Shown here one piece after another: positions 28,866 to 39,106 of a DNA stretch of 64,000 bases; within the stretch, counting starts at the first letter, position 1, and each line of letters starts with the position of its first letter. Source of the stretch: Gammaproteobacteria bacterium (lineage in GTDB: Bacteria; Pseudomonadota; Gammaproteobacteria; DRLM01). The DNA is taken from positions 21,097 to 85,096 of the forward strand of contig JARRQJ010000005.1 of NCBI GenBank assembly GCA_037381915.1, in the 5' to 3' direction. The notes under the pieces were generated by a model. That model searched no databases. It had not been told where the DNA came from and saw nothing but the letters and a program-made list of their open reading frames with translations. The position numbers and the translations under genes are program-made.

Positions 28866-30065
28866 ATGGGATCACTGTGGCGCGGACGTGAGGTCGTGAC
28901 GAGGGAAAGCCTTTTCGCATGCGGGCCCGCGGGCCGGGGGGGATGGGCCTGGCTTGCCTTCATCTGTGTAATGCTGTTGAGCGGTTGCGCCCAGTGGGGT
29001 GACAAAAAGGACGCGGCGAAGTTCGCCGGTATCAAGTACCGCACGCCCTTGTCCAGTACGGAACTGGATAGCTTGGTTCTCGCCGAGAAGATTCGCTACT
29101 TCACCGACAATGTCTATCTGGCGGCCGAAGGCGGGCGTGATGTGCGCGCCTCGCGGGGGGCGGCCGAATCGGCCCTGGATGATCTGCGCAAGACCCTGGA
29201 CAAGAAAGCCTTCGTTGATTTTTGGGTGGGTGTGGATCCGGAATTTTTCGGCAGGGTCAACGCCGCCCTGGGCTATACGGACTATACCCATCCCCAAGTG
29301 ATATTGAATGCGCGGCAGACGCGTACCGCATACAATCTGATGGCGCGTCACTTGAAGGTGCTGGGTAACTTGGGCCGGACGCGCCGGGAGGCCATGCAGG
29401 ATTTCATCGCTCTGGCCGAGGAGGGCGACACGGCGGCATGCTTTGCCTTCCATAAGGCCTACAAGGATTATACGGATCCCCGCCATGGCGAGGCCGGGGT
29501 CAGTTGGCTCGACGTGGACGGGGTCCCCTTTCGCAAATCATCCATGTGGGCCGGGTCCGGCGAGGCCAATTATAAAGGGCATGTCGTACAGATTGCGATT
29601 CCCCCGCAGGCAGTGTTGGGTTGTCGACGGATTCTCCATCCTCCGAATCAGGTCACCGCCGGCGTGGTGGAGGAAGTGGAGCAATTTTTCTCCGCCATTA
29701 ATCTGGATAAGGAATTCAATCCTGCGGCCTACGCCGAACGTAAGAAAGTCTGGCGGCGCCATTTGCAGGAGAAAGCGGCTGCGGCGGCGCGGCGGGTCCG
29801 CTTGCACCGGATTCGGGTCATCAATGTCGTCGATGTATACCGCATCTTTCCCCCGGCGCTGGACTATGAGTATGAACTGGCCGTTGCGGATGGCACGCTG
29901 TCGGACATGGTGGCGACGGGCATGTTGTCCGAGGAACAGGCCTTCGTCGTAGAAGAGCGGATCCATGAACGGCGTGTCCTGCTCAGCGGTGTCGGCGCTA
30001 CGCCGGAACAGACTCCCATGGCCTTTCTGAAGTTGGTGGCGGATCGAGCGACAAACGGTAAGTGA
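28866..30065 (+). CDS. Hypothetical lipoprotein, unknown function
   Basis: Hydrophobic h-region then lipobox LLSGC. About 360-aa mature protein without recognisable motifs. The true start may lie internal to the ORF (several in-frame Met/Val). Confidence 0.55.
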   Translation: MGSLWRGREVVTRESLFACGPAGRGGWAWLAFICVMLLSGCAQWGDKKDAAKFAGIKYRTPLSSTELDSLVLAEKIRYFTDNVYLAAEGGRDVRASRGAAESALDDLRKTLDKKAFVDFWVGVDPEFFGRVNAALGYTDYTHPQVILNARQTRTAYNLMARHLKVLGNLGRTRREAMQDFIALAEEGDTAACFAFHKAYKDYTDPRHGEAGVSWLDVDGVPFRKSSMWAGSGEANYKGHVVQIAIPPQAVLGCRRILHPPNQVTAGVVEEVEQFFSAINLDKEFNPAAYAERKKVWRRHLQEKAAAAARRVRLHRIRVINVVDVYRIFPPALDYEYELAVADGTLSDMVATGMLSEEQAFVVEERIHERRVLLSGVGATPEQTPMAFLKLVADRATNGK

Positions 30066-30112
30066 GTAGCCGCCGGGAGGCTGTTGGATGGGCTAAGCGG
30101 GGGCGTCGCCGC

Positions 30113-30946
30113 TTAGGGGCTCAGCAATTGGATGTCCTCCGGGACCTCGATCTCCATGGCGATGGGGAGATGGTCCGACAAGGCGTGATGGATCACCTGA
30201 AGATTGGAGATCTTCAAGGTTGGGGTGACCAAGATGTGATCAATATTGCGGTAAGGGCGCCAACTGGGGAAGGTATGCAAGGCGCTCGCCGGCTCACATA
30301 GATGGGTTTTGTTGAGCAACAGATCCATTTCATGGCTTTCCGGGACGCAATTGAAATCCCCCATCACCACCACATGCTTAAAATCCCGGATCAATTCACT
30401 GATAAAGTCGAATTGGCGGAGGCGCGCGCGACGTCCCAAAGCCAGATGCACCAGTAACACGTTCAGGGTGGTGTCACCGTGGCCGAGTTGGATCATCATC
30501 GCGCCGCGGCCCGGGATTAAGCCGGGCAGCTTGTGCTGGGCAATGAGATGGGGACGAAACTTGCTCAACAGGCCGTTGCTGTGCTGCGCGAATTTGCCCA
30601 GGTCGCGATTGGTCTGATGGCACCAAAAGGGGAAACGGCCGCGGCGCGCCAGGTATTCCACCTGATTGACGAAATAACTGCGCATGCTGCCGGCGTCGGC
30701 CTCTTGGATCGCCACGATGTCGTAATTGGAGGCCAGGCGGGCAATGCGGTCGAGATTGTCGAAACTGGAGGGGTGGGGTAGCACGTGCTTCCAGCTATGG
30801 GTCAGATAATGATGAGGCCGGGTCGAGGCGATGCCCGCTTGAATGTTATAGCTCAGCAAGCGCAGCGAAGACTTGAGCTTGCTTGGCCGCGGCGCGTCGA
30901 ACGGTGTCTCTGCGGCAGCGTCTAGGATTGCGGTGTTTGTCTTCAT
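30113..30946 (-). CDS. Endonuclease/exonuclease/phosphatase (EEP) family protein
   Basis: EEP catalytic motifs (LSYNIQ near the N-terminus, IVAIQEAD, GDFN, SDHLPI near the C-terminus). The start codon overlaps the stop of the upstream TPP enzyme (ATGA). Confidence 0.8.
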   Translation of the reverse strand: MKTNTAILDAAAETPFDAPRPSKLKSSLRLLSYNIQAGIASTRPHHYLTHSWKHVLPHPSSFDNLDRIARLASNYDIVAIQEADAGSMRSYFVNQVEYLARRGRFPFWCHQTNRDLGKFAQHSNGLLSKFRPHLIAQHKLPGLIPGRGAMMIQLGHGDTTLNVLLVHLALGRRARLRQFDFISELIRDFKHVVVMGDFNCVPESHEMDLLLNKTHLCEPASALHTFPSWRPYRNIDHILVTPTLKISNLQVIHHALSDHLPIAMEIEVPEDIQLLSP

Positions 30947-32574
30947 AGCTGGAAGATCGCCTCGCCAAGTTTCGCGGTCAATTTGATGTTCTCAGTATAA
31001 TCGACCGGGCAGTCAATAATGTTTACTTTGTCGTTACTCAAGGCCTCCTTGAGGACGGGCAGCAACTCCGCGGCGTGACTGACCCGGTACCCCCTCGCCC
31101 CGAAGGACTCGGCATATTTTACGAAATCCGGGTTGTTAAAGCGCACATGGGCGGCGCGTCCATATGTAACCATTTGTTTCGACTCAATTAATCCGTAGGC
31201 GCCATCGTTCCAGATCAAGATCGTCAGCGGGATATCCAAGCGTATCGCCGTTTCGATTTCCTGGGAATTCATCATAAATCCGGCATCGCCGGTGACCGCC
31301 AGCACCCGGCGTTGAGGATGGGCCAGCCGGGCCGCGATGGCGCCGGGCACCGCGATGCCCATGCTGGCGAAGCCATTGGAAATGATGCAGGTATTGGGAT
31401 GCTCGCAGCGGAACATGCGCGCCATCCACAACTTGTGGGCTCCCACGTCGCATATGGCGATGTCCTCCAGGTCCATGGCGGTGCGCAGATCCCAGATGAT
31501 CTTTTGGGGTTTCAGGGGGAAGTCCGTATCGTTCCGATGACGGTTCATGTCTTCAATGAGGGCGTTGCGCAACGGCCGCAGTTTATGCCCCTGCTGTGGA
31601 TGCGCCCGCTCACCGATCTGCGCCAGGCTGTGGCCGATATCGCCCACCACCCCCACCTCCACCATATAGCTGGTGTCGACCTCCGCCGGGGCGGTGTCGA
31701 TGTGGATGATCTTGCGATCGCAGGTGGGATGCCACAGGCGCGGATGATATTCCACCAGGTCATAGCCGACGCACAGGATCACATCGGCCTTGTCGAAACC
31801 GGTGTTCACGTAGTCATGGGCCTGCAGCCCCACGCTGCCCAACGCCATGGGGTGCTTGAAGGGGATGACACCTTTGGCCATGAAGGTGTTGGCCACGGGA
31901 ATATTGAGTTTGGTGGCGAAGTCGGCGAGTTGCCGCCAGGCCTTGGCGCGGATCACGCCGTTGCCGGCGAGAATGATGGGGTAGCGGGCCTGTGAGATGA
32001 GTTCGGCCGCCACGGCCACCCGGTCGTCGGCGGGTTCCGGCATGGTGGGTTGCTGGGCCTGCAAGGGCTTGGAGTCGATCTCCATCTCGGCCAGGTTTTC
32101 CGGAAACTCGATAAAGCAGGCCCCGGTTTTTTCCGTCTGGGCGAGTTTGAAGGCCTTGCGTATCACCTCGGGGACCACATTGGGGGTCAGCACCCGCGAG
32201 GCATACTTGGTGACCGGTGCGAAAATACTCTGCAGGTCCAATACCTGGTGGGATTCTTTGTGGAGACGATTGGTATCCGCCTGACCGGCGATGGCCACCA
32301 GCGGGGCATGATCCATATTGGCGTCCGCCACGCCCGTGAGCAGATTAGTGGCGCCGGGCCCCAGGGTCGACAGGCACACCCCGGCCCGCCAGGTGAGCCG
32401 CCCATAGACGTCGGCCATGAAGGCGGCGCCTTGTTCGTGCCGGGTGGTGACGAACTGGATGGAAGTATCCAACAAGGCATCCATGAGGGCCAGGTTTTCT
32501 TCTCCGGGAATGCCGAAGATATACGCTACGTCCTCATTTTCCAGACACTTGATGAATAGCTCGGCGGCCTTCAT
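30943..32574 (-). CDS. Thiamine-pyrophosphate enzyme, acetolactate synthase (AlsS/IlvB)-like
   Basis: All three TPP-enzyme domains are present (N-terminal IFGIPGEENLALMDAL..RHEQGAAFMA, a central domain, and a C-terminal GDAGF TPP-binding motif). Closest to catabolic acetolactate synthases. Confidence 0.85.
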   Translation of the reverse strand: MKAAELFIKCLENEDVAYIFGIPGEENLALMDALLDTSIQFVTTRHEQGAAFMADVYGRLTWRAGVCLSTLGPGATNLLTGVADANMDHAPLVAIAGQADTNRLHKESHQVLDLQSIFAPVTKYASRVLTPNVVPEVIRKAFKLAQTEKTGACFIEFPENLAEMEIDSKPLQAQQPTMPEPADDRVAVAAELISQARYPIILAGNGVIRAKAWRQLADFATKLNIPVANTFMAKGVIPFKHPMALGSVGLQAHDYVNTGFDKADVILCVGYDLVEYHPRLWHPTCDRKIIHIDTAPAEVDTSYMVEVGVVGDIGHSLAQIGERAHPQQGHKLRPLRNALIEDMNRHRNDTDFPLKPQKIIWDLRTAMDLEDIAICDVGAHKLWMARMFRCEHPNTCIISNGFASMGIAVPGAIAARLAHPQRRVLAVTGDAGFMMNSQEIETAIRLDIPLTILIWNDGAYGLIESKQMVTYGRAAHVRFNNPDFVKYAESFGARGYRVSHAAELLPVLKEALSNDKVNIIDCPVDYTENIKLTAKLGEAIFQL

Positions 32575-32623
32575 GGCAATGGCCCTTATGCTGTCCCGCT
32601 CCCGTTGGCTGATGGAACGCCGC

Positions 32624-33259
32624 CTAGCCCTTGCCGGCGGCGCGTTCTTTGTCTATCAGGTAGTTCATGATCTTGATCATGGTATTGAAATTGCCGTTAG
32701 AGTTGTCCGGATTGAGAATATACTTGCCGTCGACGACCACGGACGGCGTGGCCTCCGCCTGGTAGCGGCGGCTCATTTCCCGCGCCCGATTGACCTTGGC
32801 CTCCACCGTGAAGGAATGGAAGGTCTTCTTGAACTCATCGTTGCTTATGCCTTGTTCGGCGAAAAATTTCATGAGGTCCGTCTCGCTGTCCATGCGACGT
32901 TTCTCGGCGTGAATGGCGTCGAACAGGGGCTGATGAATGCGATCGGCGATTCCCAGGGCCTGCGCGGTGTAAAAGGCCCGTGCCAGCAGCGCCCAGTTTG
33001 GCCTGAGGATGGCCGGCATGCGGCGGTATACCACGTCGGCCGGCTTATGCTTCAGCCAGCGGGCCATATAGGGTTGGAAACGGTAACAATGAGGGCAACC
33101 ATACCAGAACAATTCCACTACTTCGATCTTGCCTTGGCCCTCGGTGGGTTGGGCGGGGACGATGCGTTTGTAATTGACGCCTTCCTGGTAGGTGGCCGCC
33201 TGAGCCAGCAAGGGAAAAACGATGAGCAGGAGCAACAAAGAGCGGGCAAAAATTTTCAT
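32624..33259 (-). CDS. dsbA: Thiol:disulfide interchange protein DsbA
   Basis: Signal peptide plus CPHC active site (FWYGCPHCYRF). Confidence 0.9.
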   Translation of the reverse strand: MKIFARSLLLLLIVFPLLAQAATYQEGVNYKRIVPAQPTEGQGKIEVVELFWYGCPHCYRFQPYMARWLKHKPADVVYRRMPAILRPNWALLARAFYTAQALGIADRIHQPLFDAIHAEKRRMDSETDLMKFFAEQGISNDEFKKTFHSFTVEAKVNRAREMSRRYQAEATPSVVVDGKYILNPDNSNGNFNTMIKIMNYLIDKERAAGKG

Positions 33260-33528
33260 GAGGACAGCACCTGTTGATTCTAGTGGATGATTATTCGGTC
33301 GTTGAGCTTAGAGCATGTTCGGGCCAGTTTGTTGCAAAGTCTTGCCGTTTGTCGGCGGAAACCTTGATAATGGGTCGCCGCCGTGGCCAGAGCGGCATGG
33401 TAACATGCCTAGCCTATGCGGCTCATTAAGTTGGCGCAATGCTCGATGCCTGGCGATTGCCGCACCGGTCGTCGGGAATAAAAGAACTTATCGCCCTTGA
33501 CCTGGGGTCTTCAGCGGAGTGCATATCC

Positions 33529-34017
33529 ATGACGGAAAAACGAGCCAAACTCACCAAGTTTCTCAACCAACAGTACCTGTGTGAATCCCTGACGGTAAAA
33601 GAGGTGGAAACCCTTCTGGATTTTACCGAACTGGTGGAACTGAAAAAGAACCAGGTGATCGCCGACATCGGGGAGGTGGGCGAGGCCCTGTTCTTCGTCA
33701 TCACAGGGGAGGCGGTCTTACTGTATGACGACCATGGCCGAGAGATCGAGGTGGGGCGCATGCACGAGGGTGAACTGATGGGGGAGATGTCCTTTTTCGA
33801 CCGCCATCCCCGCTTGCTGCGGATGCGCGCCTTGAGTGCGGAGACCCAGCTCTTGAAGTTGCCGCGCCCCATGTACGATCGTCTGCGGGTCGAGCACCCT
33901 TATATCGCCGTCAATCTCCTGGAGCATGCCATCATCAGCCTGGATCGCCTGGTGCGCCGGGTAAGCGAAGACGAGGCGACCTTGACGCGCTATATCTACG
34001 GCGTCGGCAAGAAGTAA
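33529..34017 (+). CDS. Stand-alone cyclic-nucleotide-binding (cNMP/CAP-effector) domain protein
   Basis: About 162 aa with a CAP_ED-like beta-roll (GEALFFVITGEAVL...GELMGEMSFFDRHPR) and no attached output domain. Confidence 0.7.
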   Translation: MTEKRAKLTKFLNQQYLCESLTVKEVETLLDFTELVELKKNQVIADIGEVGEALFFVITGEAVLLYDDHGREIEVGRMHEGELMGEMSFFDRHPRLLRMRALSAETQLLKLPRPMYDRLRVEHPYIAVNLLEHAIISLDRLVRRVSEDEATLTRYIYGVGKK

Positions 34018-34030
34018 TCGCGAGCTTGCG

Positions 34031-34669
34031 GTGCAAGACACGGAGGAAGGGGCCGGGACACTTTCCCCATTGGACTTACGCCATACCGCCTTCTTGTTGG
34101 GCGCCGCCCGACCCAAACAGTTTCCGGCCGACGACGGCTGGGAGGTGGCGATCGCGGGGCGTTCCAATGCCGGCAAATCCAGCGCCATCAACGCTATCAC
34201 CGGGATAAGGGGGTTGGCGCGGGTCAGCAAGACCCCGGGTCGCACCCGCGAGATCAATTTTTTTCACGTGGCTGCCCGGCGTCGGTTGGTGGACTTGCCC
34301 GGCTACGGCTACGCGCGGGTGCCCGTCCCGGTGCGGGAGGCCTGGCGGCGCTTGATAGAGAACTATTTCGCTCATCGTCACTGTCTGCGGGGCGTGGTGG
34401 TGGTCATGGATTGCCGCCATCCGCTGACGGACTTCGATCGGCAGATGCTGGTGTGGTGTGACCATGCGCGGCTTCCCGTGCATATCCTGCTCACTAAGGC
34501 CGACAAGCTCAGCCGCGGCGCCGCGACGGCGGTGCTACACCAGGTACGCGCCCGGCTCATCCATGAATATCCGGGAAGTGAAGCCATCACGGTGCAGTTG
34601 TTCTCCGCCCTGAAGCAAGCGGGGGTTGCGGAGGCGCAGCAAATACTTGCAAAATGGATGGGATTTTAG
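34031..34669 (+). CDS. engB: Ribosome biogenesis GTP-binding protein YihA/EngB
   Basis: G1 GRSNAGKSSAINAITG, DLPGYGYA, TKADK; collinear with E. coli YihA. Confidence 0.9.
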   Translation: MQDTEEGAGTLSPLDLRHTAFLLGAARPKQFPADDGWEVAIAGRSNAGKSSAINAITGIRGLARVSKTPGRTREINFFHVAARRRLVDLPGYGYARVPVPVREAWRRLIENYFAHRHCLRGVVVVMDCRHPLTDFDRQMLVWCDHARLPVHILLTKADKLSRGAATAVLHQVRARLIHEYPGSEAITVQLFSALKQAGVAEAQQILAKWMGF

Positions 34670-34678
34670 AAAAGAAAA

Positions 34679-34726
34679 AAGGCCCCGGTTTATAAGAGGG
34701 AGGAGGAACCGGGGCCGAAGATACCC
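34679..34726 (-). terminator. Rho-independent terminator readable on the minus strand (serves polA)
   Basis: GGCCCCGGTT...AACCGGGGCC 10-bp stem; on the minus strand it is followed by TTTTTTCTTTTCT. Confidence 0.55.
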
Positions 34727-34823
34727 GGCTTGGGGAAGCCAGGCTAGAGGGGTTCCCGCTCAAGGGAGGGCGAGCGGGAGAGCACGGGCCAGAAATGTAG
34801 AAACCGTACTCACCATCATGAGA

Positions 34824-34866
34824 GTGTCGGGCAGGGAAAAAGTTCATGCCCGACACCAAATTTTTG
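34824..34866 (+). terminator. Rho-independent terminator readable on the plus strand (serves engB)
   Basis: GTGTCGGGCA...TGCCCGACAC 10-bp stem followed by CAAATTTTTGG. Confidence 0.55.
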
Positions 34867-34934
34867 GCGAAAAGAATAAAATTTATATAAATTAAATACT
34901 TATAGCTTATGCCTGGGGCAAGTGGTTGACGGGC

Positions 34935-37649
34935 TCAATGAGCTTCGTCCCAGTTCGCCCCGATGCCGATGTCGACCACCAGGGGTACCGCCAGTGCGGC
35001 GGCCGCCATCATGCACCGTTCGATGTCGGCCGCGATCGGTTCCACGCTCGCGGCAGCGACCTCGAACACCAATTCATCGTGAACCTGCATGATCATTCTG
35101 GCGTCCGCACCGCTTGCCCGCAGCCGGGCATCGGTGAGCAGCATGGCACGCTTGATGATGTCCGCGGCCGTACCCTGCATGGGGGCGTTGATGGCGGCCC
35201 GTTCGGCGTATTGCCGGCGTTGTTGCTGGCGGGCATTGATATCCGTGAGATAAAGTCGCCTGCCGAACAGTGTTTCCACGTAGCCCTGTTTCCGGGCCAG
35301 CAGCCGGGTGCGGTCCATGAATTGCTTGGCGCCGGGATAGCGGGCGAAATAAAGGTCGATGTATTGCTGGGCGGCATTGCGGTCGATGCCCAGTTGGCGC
35401 GCCAGGCCGAAGGCGGACATGCCGTAGATCAGGCCGAAGTTGATGGCCTTGGCGTTGCGGCGCTGTTCGGCGCTGACCGTGTCCGGCGCCACACCGAAGA
35501 TCTCCGCCGCGGTGGCAGTGTGGATATCGGCGTTGGAGGCGAAGGCGTGAAGCAGGCGCTCATCTTCCGACAGATGGGCCATGATGCGCAGTTCGATCTG
35601 GGAATAGTCCGCTGCGATGATCTTGTAACCCGGCGGCGCGACAAAGGCTTGGCGGATCCGGCGCCCTTCCCGGGTGCGGATGGGGATATTCTGCAGGTTG
35701 GGATCGCTGGAGGACAGGCGCCCGGTGGCGGCCACCGCCTGGTGATAGGAGGTGTGGACCCGGCCGCTGCCGGGATTGATTTGTTGGGGCAGGCGATCGG
35801 TGTAGGTGGATTTGAGCTTGCTCATGGCCCGGTAGTCCAGGATCAAGGCCGCCAGGGGGTGGTGGTCGGCCAGTTCCTGGAGGGCCTCTTCCCCGGTGGA
35901 GGGTTGCCCGGTGGGGGTCTTGAAGTTAACCGGCAGGCCAAGCTTGCCGTAGAGGATCTCCTGGATCTGCTTGGGCGAGCCGAGATTGAAGGCCTGGCCC
36001 GCCAGCTCATGGGCGCGGCGCTCCTGTTCCGCCATAGCCTCGGCCAACTCGGCACTTTGTTGGCGCAACATGGCCGCATCCACCAGCACCCCGGTGCGCT
36101 CCATGCGGGACAGAACGCTCACCAGGGGAATCTCAATGTCCCTGTACAAGGAGGCCAGGCCGGGCACCTGGGCGAGTTGCGGCCAGAGATGCCGGTGGAG
36201 GCGCAGGGTGATATCGGCGTCTTCCGCGGCATAGGGGGCGGCCTGCTCCACGGGGATCTGGTTGAAGCTGCGCTGCTTGGCGCCCTTGCCGGCGATGTCT
36301 TTGAAGGCGATGGTGGCATGGTCCAGATATTTGCGGGACAGGGAGTCCATATCATGGCGGCTGGCGGTGCTGTTCAGCACATAGGACTCCAGCATGGTGT
36401 CGTGGGCGATGCCCGCCAGGCGAATCCCGTGGTTGGCCAGCACGCTCATGTCGTATTTCAGATTGTGTCCCAGCTTGGCCCGCGTCTCATCCTCCAGCAA
36501 CGGTCGCAGCCTGGCCAGCACCGCCTCGCGCGCCAATTGCGGCGGGGCGTCCAGATAATCGTGGGCCAGGGGGACATAGGCGGCCTCGCCGGGCGTGACG
36601 GCAAACGACACGCCCACGATCTGCGCCTGCATATAATCCAGGCTGGTGGTCTCAGTATCGAAGGCGAACAGTTCGGCCTCGCTCAGACGCGTCACCCAGC
36701 TATCGAGCGCCGCGGCGCCCAACACCGTGTCGTAGCGGGCGGGCGCCGGGGCGGCTTGGGCGGTGGTGTCGGCCCGGGCGGTGTCGCCTTGTTCCTCAAG
36801 CTGCCTTAACCAGGTTTTGAACTCCAAATGCCGATACAGGTCGGATAGCGCGCCGACATCAGGGGGCTGCGGGCGCAGCGTGGTGGGTGTAACATCGAGT
36901 GTGACGTCACAGTGTATGGTGGCGAGCCGGCGCGCGAGTGGCAGCTGCTCCAGATGGCTGCGGAGATTTTCGCCGACCTTGCCCGGGATCTCCCCGGCAT
37001 GGGCCACCAAATTGTCCAGCGTTCCGTAGGCCGTGAGCCACTTGACCGCGGTTTTGGGTCCCACCTTGGGCACACCCGGAATATTGTCAGAGCTGTCGCC
37101 CACAAGGGCGAGATAATCGACGATCTGTTCCGGGGTGATACCGAATTTTTCCGCCACGCCCTGGCGGTCCAGGACACTGTTGGACATGGTGTTGATCAGC
37201 GTGATATGGCTGTCGACCAGCTGGGCCATATCCTTGTCGCCGGTGGAGATCAGCGTGTCTATGCCCGCGACGGCGGCCTGGCGCGCCAGGGTGCCGATAA
37301 CGTCATCCGCCTCCACCCCATCCACCACCAGACAGGGTAGGCCGCTGGCGCGCACGATGGCGTGCAAGGGTTCGATCTGGGCGCGCAGATCGTCGGGCAT
37401 GGGGGGGCGGTGGGCCTTGTATTGTTCGAACAGCTCGTCGCGAAAGGTCTTGCCCTTGGCGTCGAAGACCACCGCCACGTAATCGGCCTCATAATCGCTC
37501 AGCAGCTTGCGCAACATGTTGGCCACGCCGTACACCGCGCCGGTGGGTTCGCCGCGGGAGTTGGTGAGGGGCGGCAGGGCGAAAAAGGCGCGGTATAGAT
37601 ACGAGGAGCCGTCCACCAGAACCAGCAATTGCGAGGATTTTTTATTCAT
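34935..37649 (-). CDS. polA: DNA polymerase I
   Basis: 904 aa with 5-prime nuclease, 3-prime-5-prime exonuclease and polymerase domains (motif A DYSQIELR, motif [10 protein letters not shown]). Confidence 0.95.
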   Translation of the reverse strand: MNKKSSQLLVLVDGSSYLYRAFFALPPLTNSRGEPTGAVYGVANMLRKLLSDYEADYVAVVFDAKGKTFRDELFEQYKAHRPPMPDDLRAQIEPLHAIVRASGLPCLVVDGVEADDVIGTLARQAAVAGIDTLISTGDKDMAQLVDSHITLINTMSNSVLDRQGVAEKFGITPEQIVDYLALVGDSSDNIPGVPKVGPKTAVKWLTAYGTLDNLVAHAGEIPGKVGENLRSHLEQLPLARRLATIHCDVTLDVTPTTLRPQPPDVGALSDLYRHLEFKTWLRQLEEQGDTARADTTAQAAPAPARYDTVLGAAALDSWVTRLSEAELFAFDTETTSLDYMQAQIVGVSFAVTPGEAAYVPLAHDYLDAPPQLAREAVLARLRPLLEDETRAKLGHNLKYDMSVLANHGIRLAGIAHDTMLESYVLNSTASRHDMDSLSRKYLDHATIAFKDIAGKGAKQRSFNQIPVEQAAPYAAEDADITLRLHRHLWPQLAQVPGLASLYRDIEIPLVSVLSRMERTGVLVDAAMLRQQSAELAEAMAEQERRAHELAGQAFNLGSPKQIQEILYGKLGLPVNFKTPTGQPSTGEEALQELADHHPLAALILDYRAMSKLKSTYTDRLPQQINPGSGRVHTSYHQAVAATGRLSSSDPNLQNIPIRTREGRRIRQAFVAPPGYKIIAADYSQIELRIMAHLSEDERLLHAFASNADIHTATAAEIFGVAPDTVSAEQRRNAKAINFGLIYGMSAFGLARQLGIDRNAAQQYIDLYFARYPGAKQFMDRTRLLARKQGYVETLFGRRLYLTDINARQQQRRQYAERAAINAPMQGTAADIIKRAMLLTDARLRASGADARMIMQVHDELVFEVAAASVEPIAADIERCMMAAAALAVPLVVDIGIGANWDEAH

Positions 37650-37760
37650 GAATGATAAGGTGTTAAATACTGGGCCGGGCCGCGGTGCATGCGGAGATTG
37701 TACTAAAAATTGTTCTCGACGCGGCCGATAGCATCAGCAGCAGCGAGGAAAAGCATTACT

Positions 37761-38486
37761 ATGGACGATAAACACCGCGCCACCCATCCCAGTTTCATGC
37801 CCGTCAACGATTCTCTGCTCAGCAGGGAGTCGTGGAAGATCTTTCAGATCATGGCGGAGTTCGTCGAAGGCTTCGAGCGTCTTGCTCAGATCAAGCCTTC
37901 CGTGAGCCTGTTCGGCTCGGCGCGCATGGCACCCGATCATCCCTATTACCAGCTCACGGAGGAGATCGCGCGGGCGTTGTCCGATGCCGGGTTCAGCGTG
38001 GTGAGCGGCGGGGGGCCGGGACTGATGGAGGCGGCGAACAAGGGGGCCTTCGCCGGCAAGTCACCGAGCATCGGCCTCAATATTGCGCTGCCCCAGGAGC
38101 AGCTCGCCAACCAGTACCAAGATATCTCATTGAATTTCAGGCACTTTTTTTCGCGCAAGGTGATGTTTGTGAAATACGCCTCGGCCTATGTGGTTCTGCC
38201 CGGCGGTTTCGGCACCTTGGATGAATTGGCCGAAATATTGACGCTGGTGCAGACCGGCAAGACCCGGCGGATTCCCATCATCCTGGTGCACAGCCCATTT
38301 TGGGGAGGTTTAATCGAATGGTTTAAGACTACACTTGTCAAAGAAGTAACCATCGATGCCGGCGACCTGGACTTGGTGCAAGTGCTGGACAAGCCGCAAG
38401 AGGTAGTAGATGCTATCTTTAACCATTATGAGAGTCGTGGCTTCGAGCCTTCTGCTGAAGAGCAGGAAATGCTGTTGGATTTGTAA
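37761..38486 (+). CDS. LOG-family protein (TIGR00730; cytokinin riboside 5-prime-monophosphate phosphoribohydrolase-like / nucleotide nucleosidase)
   Basis: VVSGGGPGLMEAANKGA plus PGGFGTLDELAEILTLVQTG signature motifs. Confidence 0.85.
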   Translation: MDDKHRATHPSFMPVNDSLLSRESWKIFQIMAEFVEGFERLAQIKPSVSLFGSARMAPDHPYYQLTEEIARALSDAGFSVVSGGGPGLMEAANKGAFAGKSPSIGLNIALPQEQLANQYQDISLNFRHFFSRKVMFVKYASAYVVLPGGFGTLDELAEILTLVQTGKTRRIPIILVHSPFWGGLIEWFKTTLVKEVTIDAGDLDLVQVLDKPQEVVDAIFNHYESRGFEPSAEEQEMLLDL

Positions 38487-38515
38487 CATCTTCCCCTTCG
38501 GAACGGGACCCGGTT

Positions 38516-38845
38516 ATGTCTTCTAGCGTTGTGCCGCAAGCAGCTGTCTTGTTTTTTTGCTCCATCGGGATGGCCATGGCCGCTACCGAGGGCGGTGCGT
38601 CCGCCCCGGACCAGTCTGCGTCCAGCGTGCCTCAACAGCCCGAAATCACCATCATCCAGCGGGGCAAGGAACGGGTGGAAGAATATCGCGTGAACAATCA
38701 GATCTATATGGTCAAGATTACGCCAGCCATGGGTTACCCCTATTATCTTGTCGACACCACTGGTGACGGCAATTTCGATACGCGGCGGCCCCAGCTGAAT
38801 ACCCCGCCCGTGGTTCCCCAGTGGGTGTTGTTTCGTTGGAAATAG
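38516..38845 (+). CDS. Small secreted protein, DUF2782-like
   Basis: Signal peptide plus a conserved core (RVEEYRVNNQIYMVKITPAMGYPYYLVDTTGDGNFD) typical of a family often found next to polA in gammaproteobacteria. Confidence 0.65.
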   Translation: MSSSVVPQAAVLFFCSIGMAMAATEGGASAPDQSASSVPQQPEITIIQRGKERVEEYRVNNQIYMVKITPAMGYPYYLVDTTGDGNFDTRRPQLNTPPVVPQWVLFRWK

Positions 38846-39071
38846 CTGGAGTGGCTATTGTCCCTCGTCATTATTATCAAGGACCTGCGAGCAAGAGGTA
38901 AGAGCACGAAATTTTCCCGGACAGGCGCGTAAGCCGGAAATCTCAGGGAAAAAGTGCCGCTGTAATGATATCGACATGTCTCCGAAGGATAATTTCCTTC
39001 TGAGCTGATCAATTTTAAAGTTGCCCGCTACCATTATTTGATAAACCCTTGCCGAAGGTTGTAATTTTTGA

Positions 39072-39106
39072 CTATCCACAAAACCTGTGGATAAGTATGT
39101 GGATGA
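39072..39106. promoter_or_regulatory. Cluster of three DnaA-box-like 9-mers in an AT-rich 690-bp intergenic region
   Basis: CTATCCACA (39072-39080), TGTGGATAA (39086-39094, perfect consensus) and ATGTGGATG (39098-39106). An A/T run (ATTATTTTTTTGTAAAAACAAAAC) lies about 90 bp downstream. Confidence 0.45.

Noticed and set aside
34626-34895. 89-aa Arg-rich ORF between engB and polA
   Set aside because: It lies across two terminator hairpins in a convergent 3-prime UTR region. Composition is non-protein-like.
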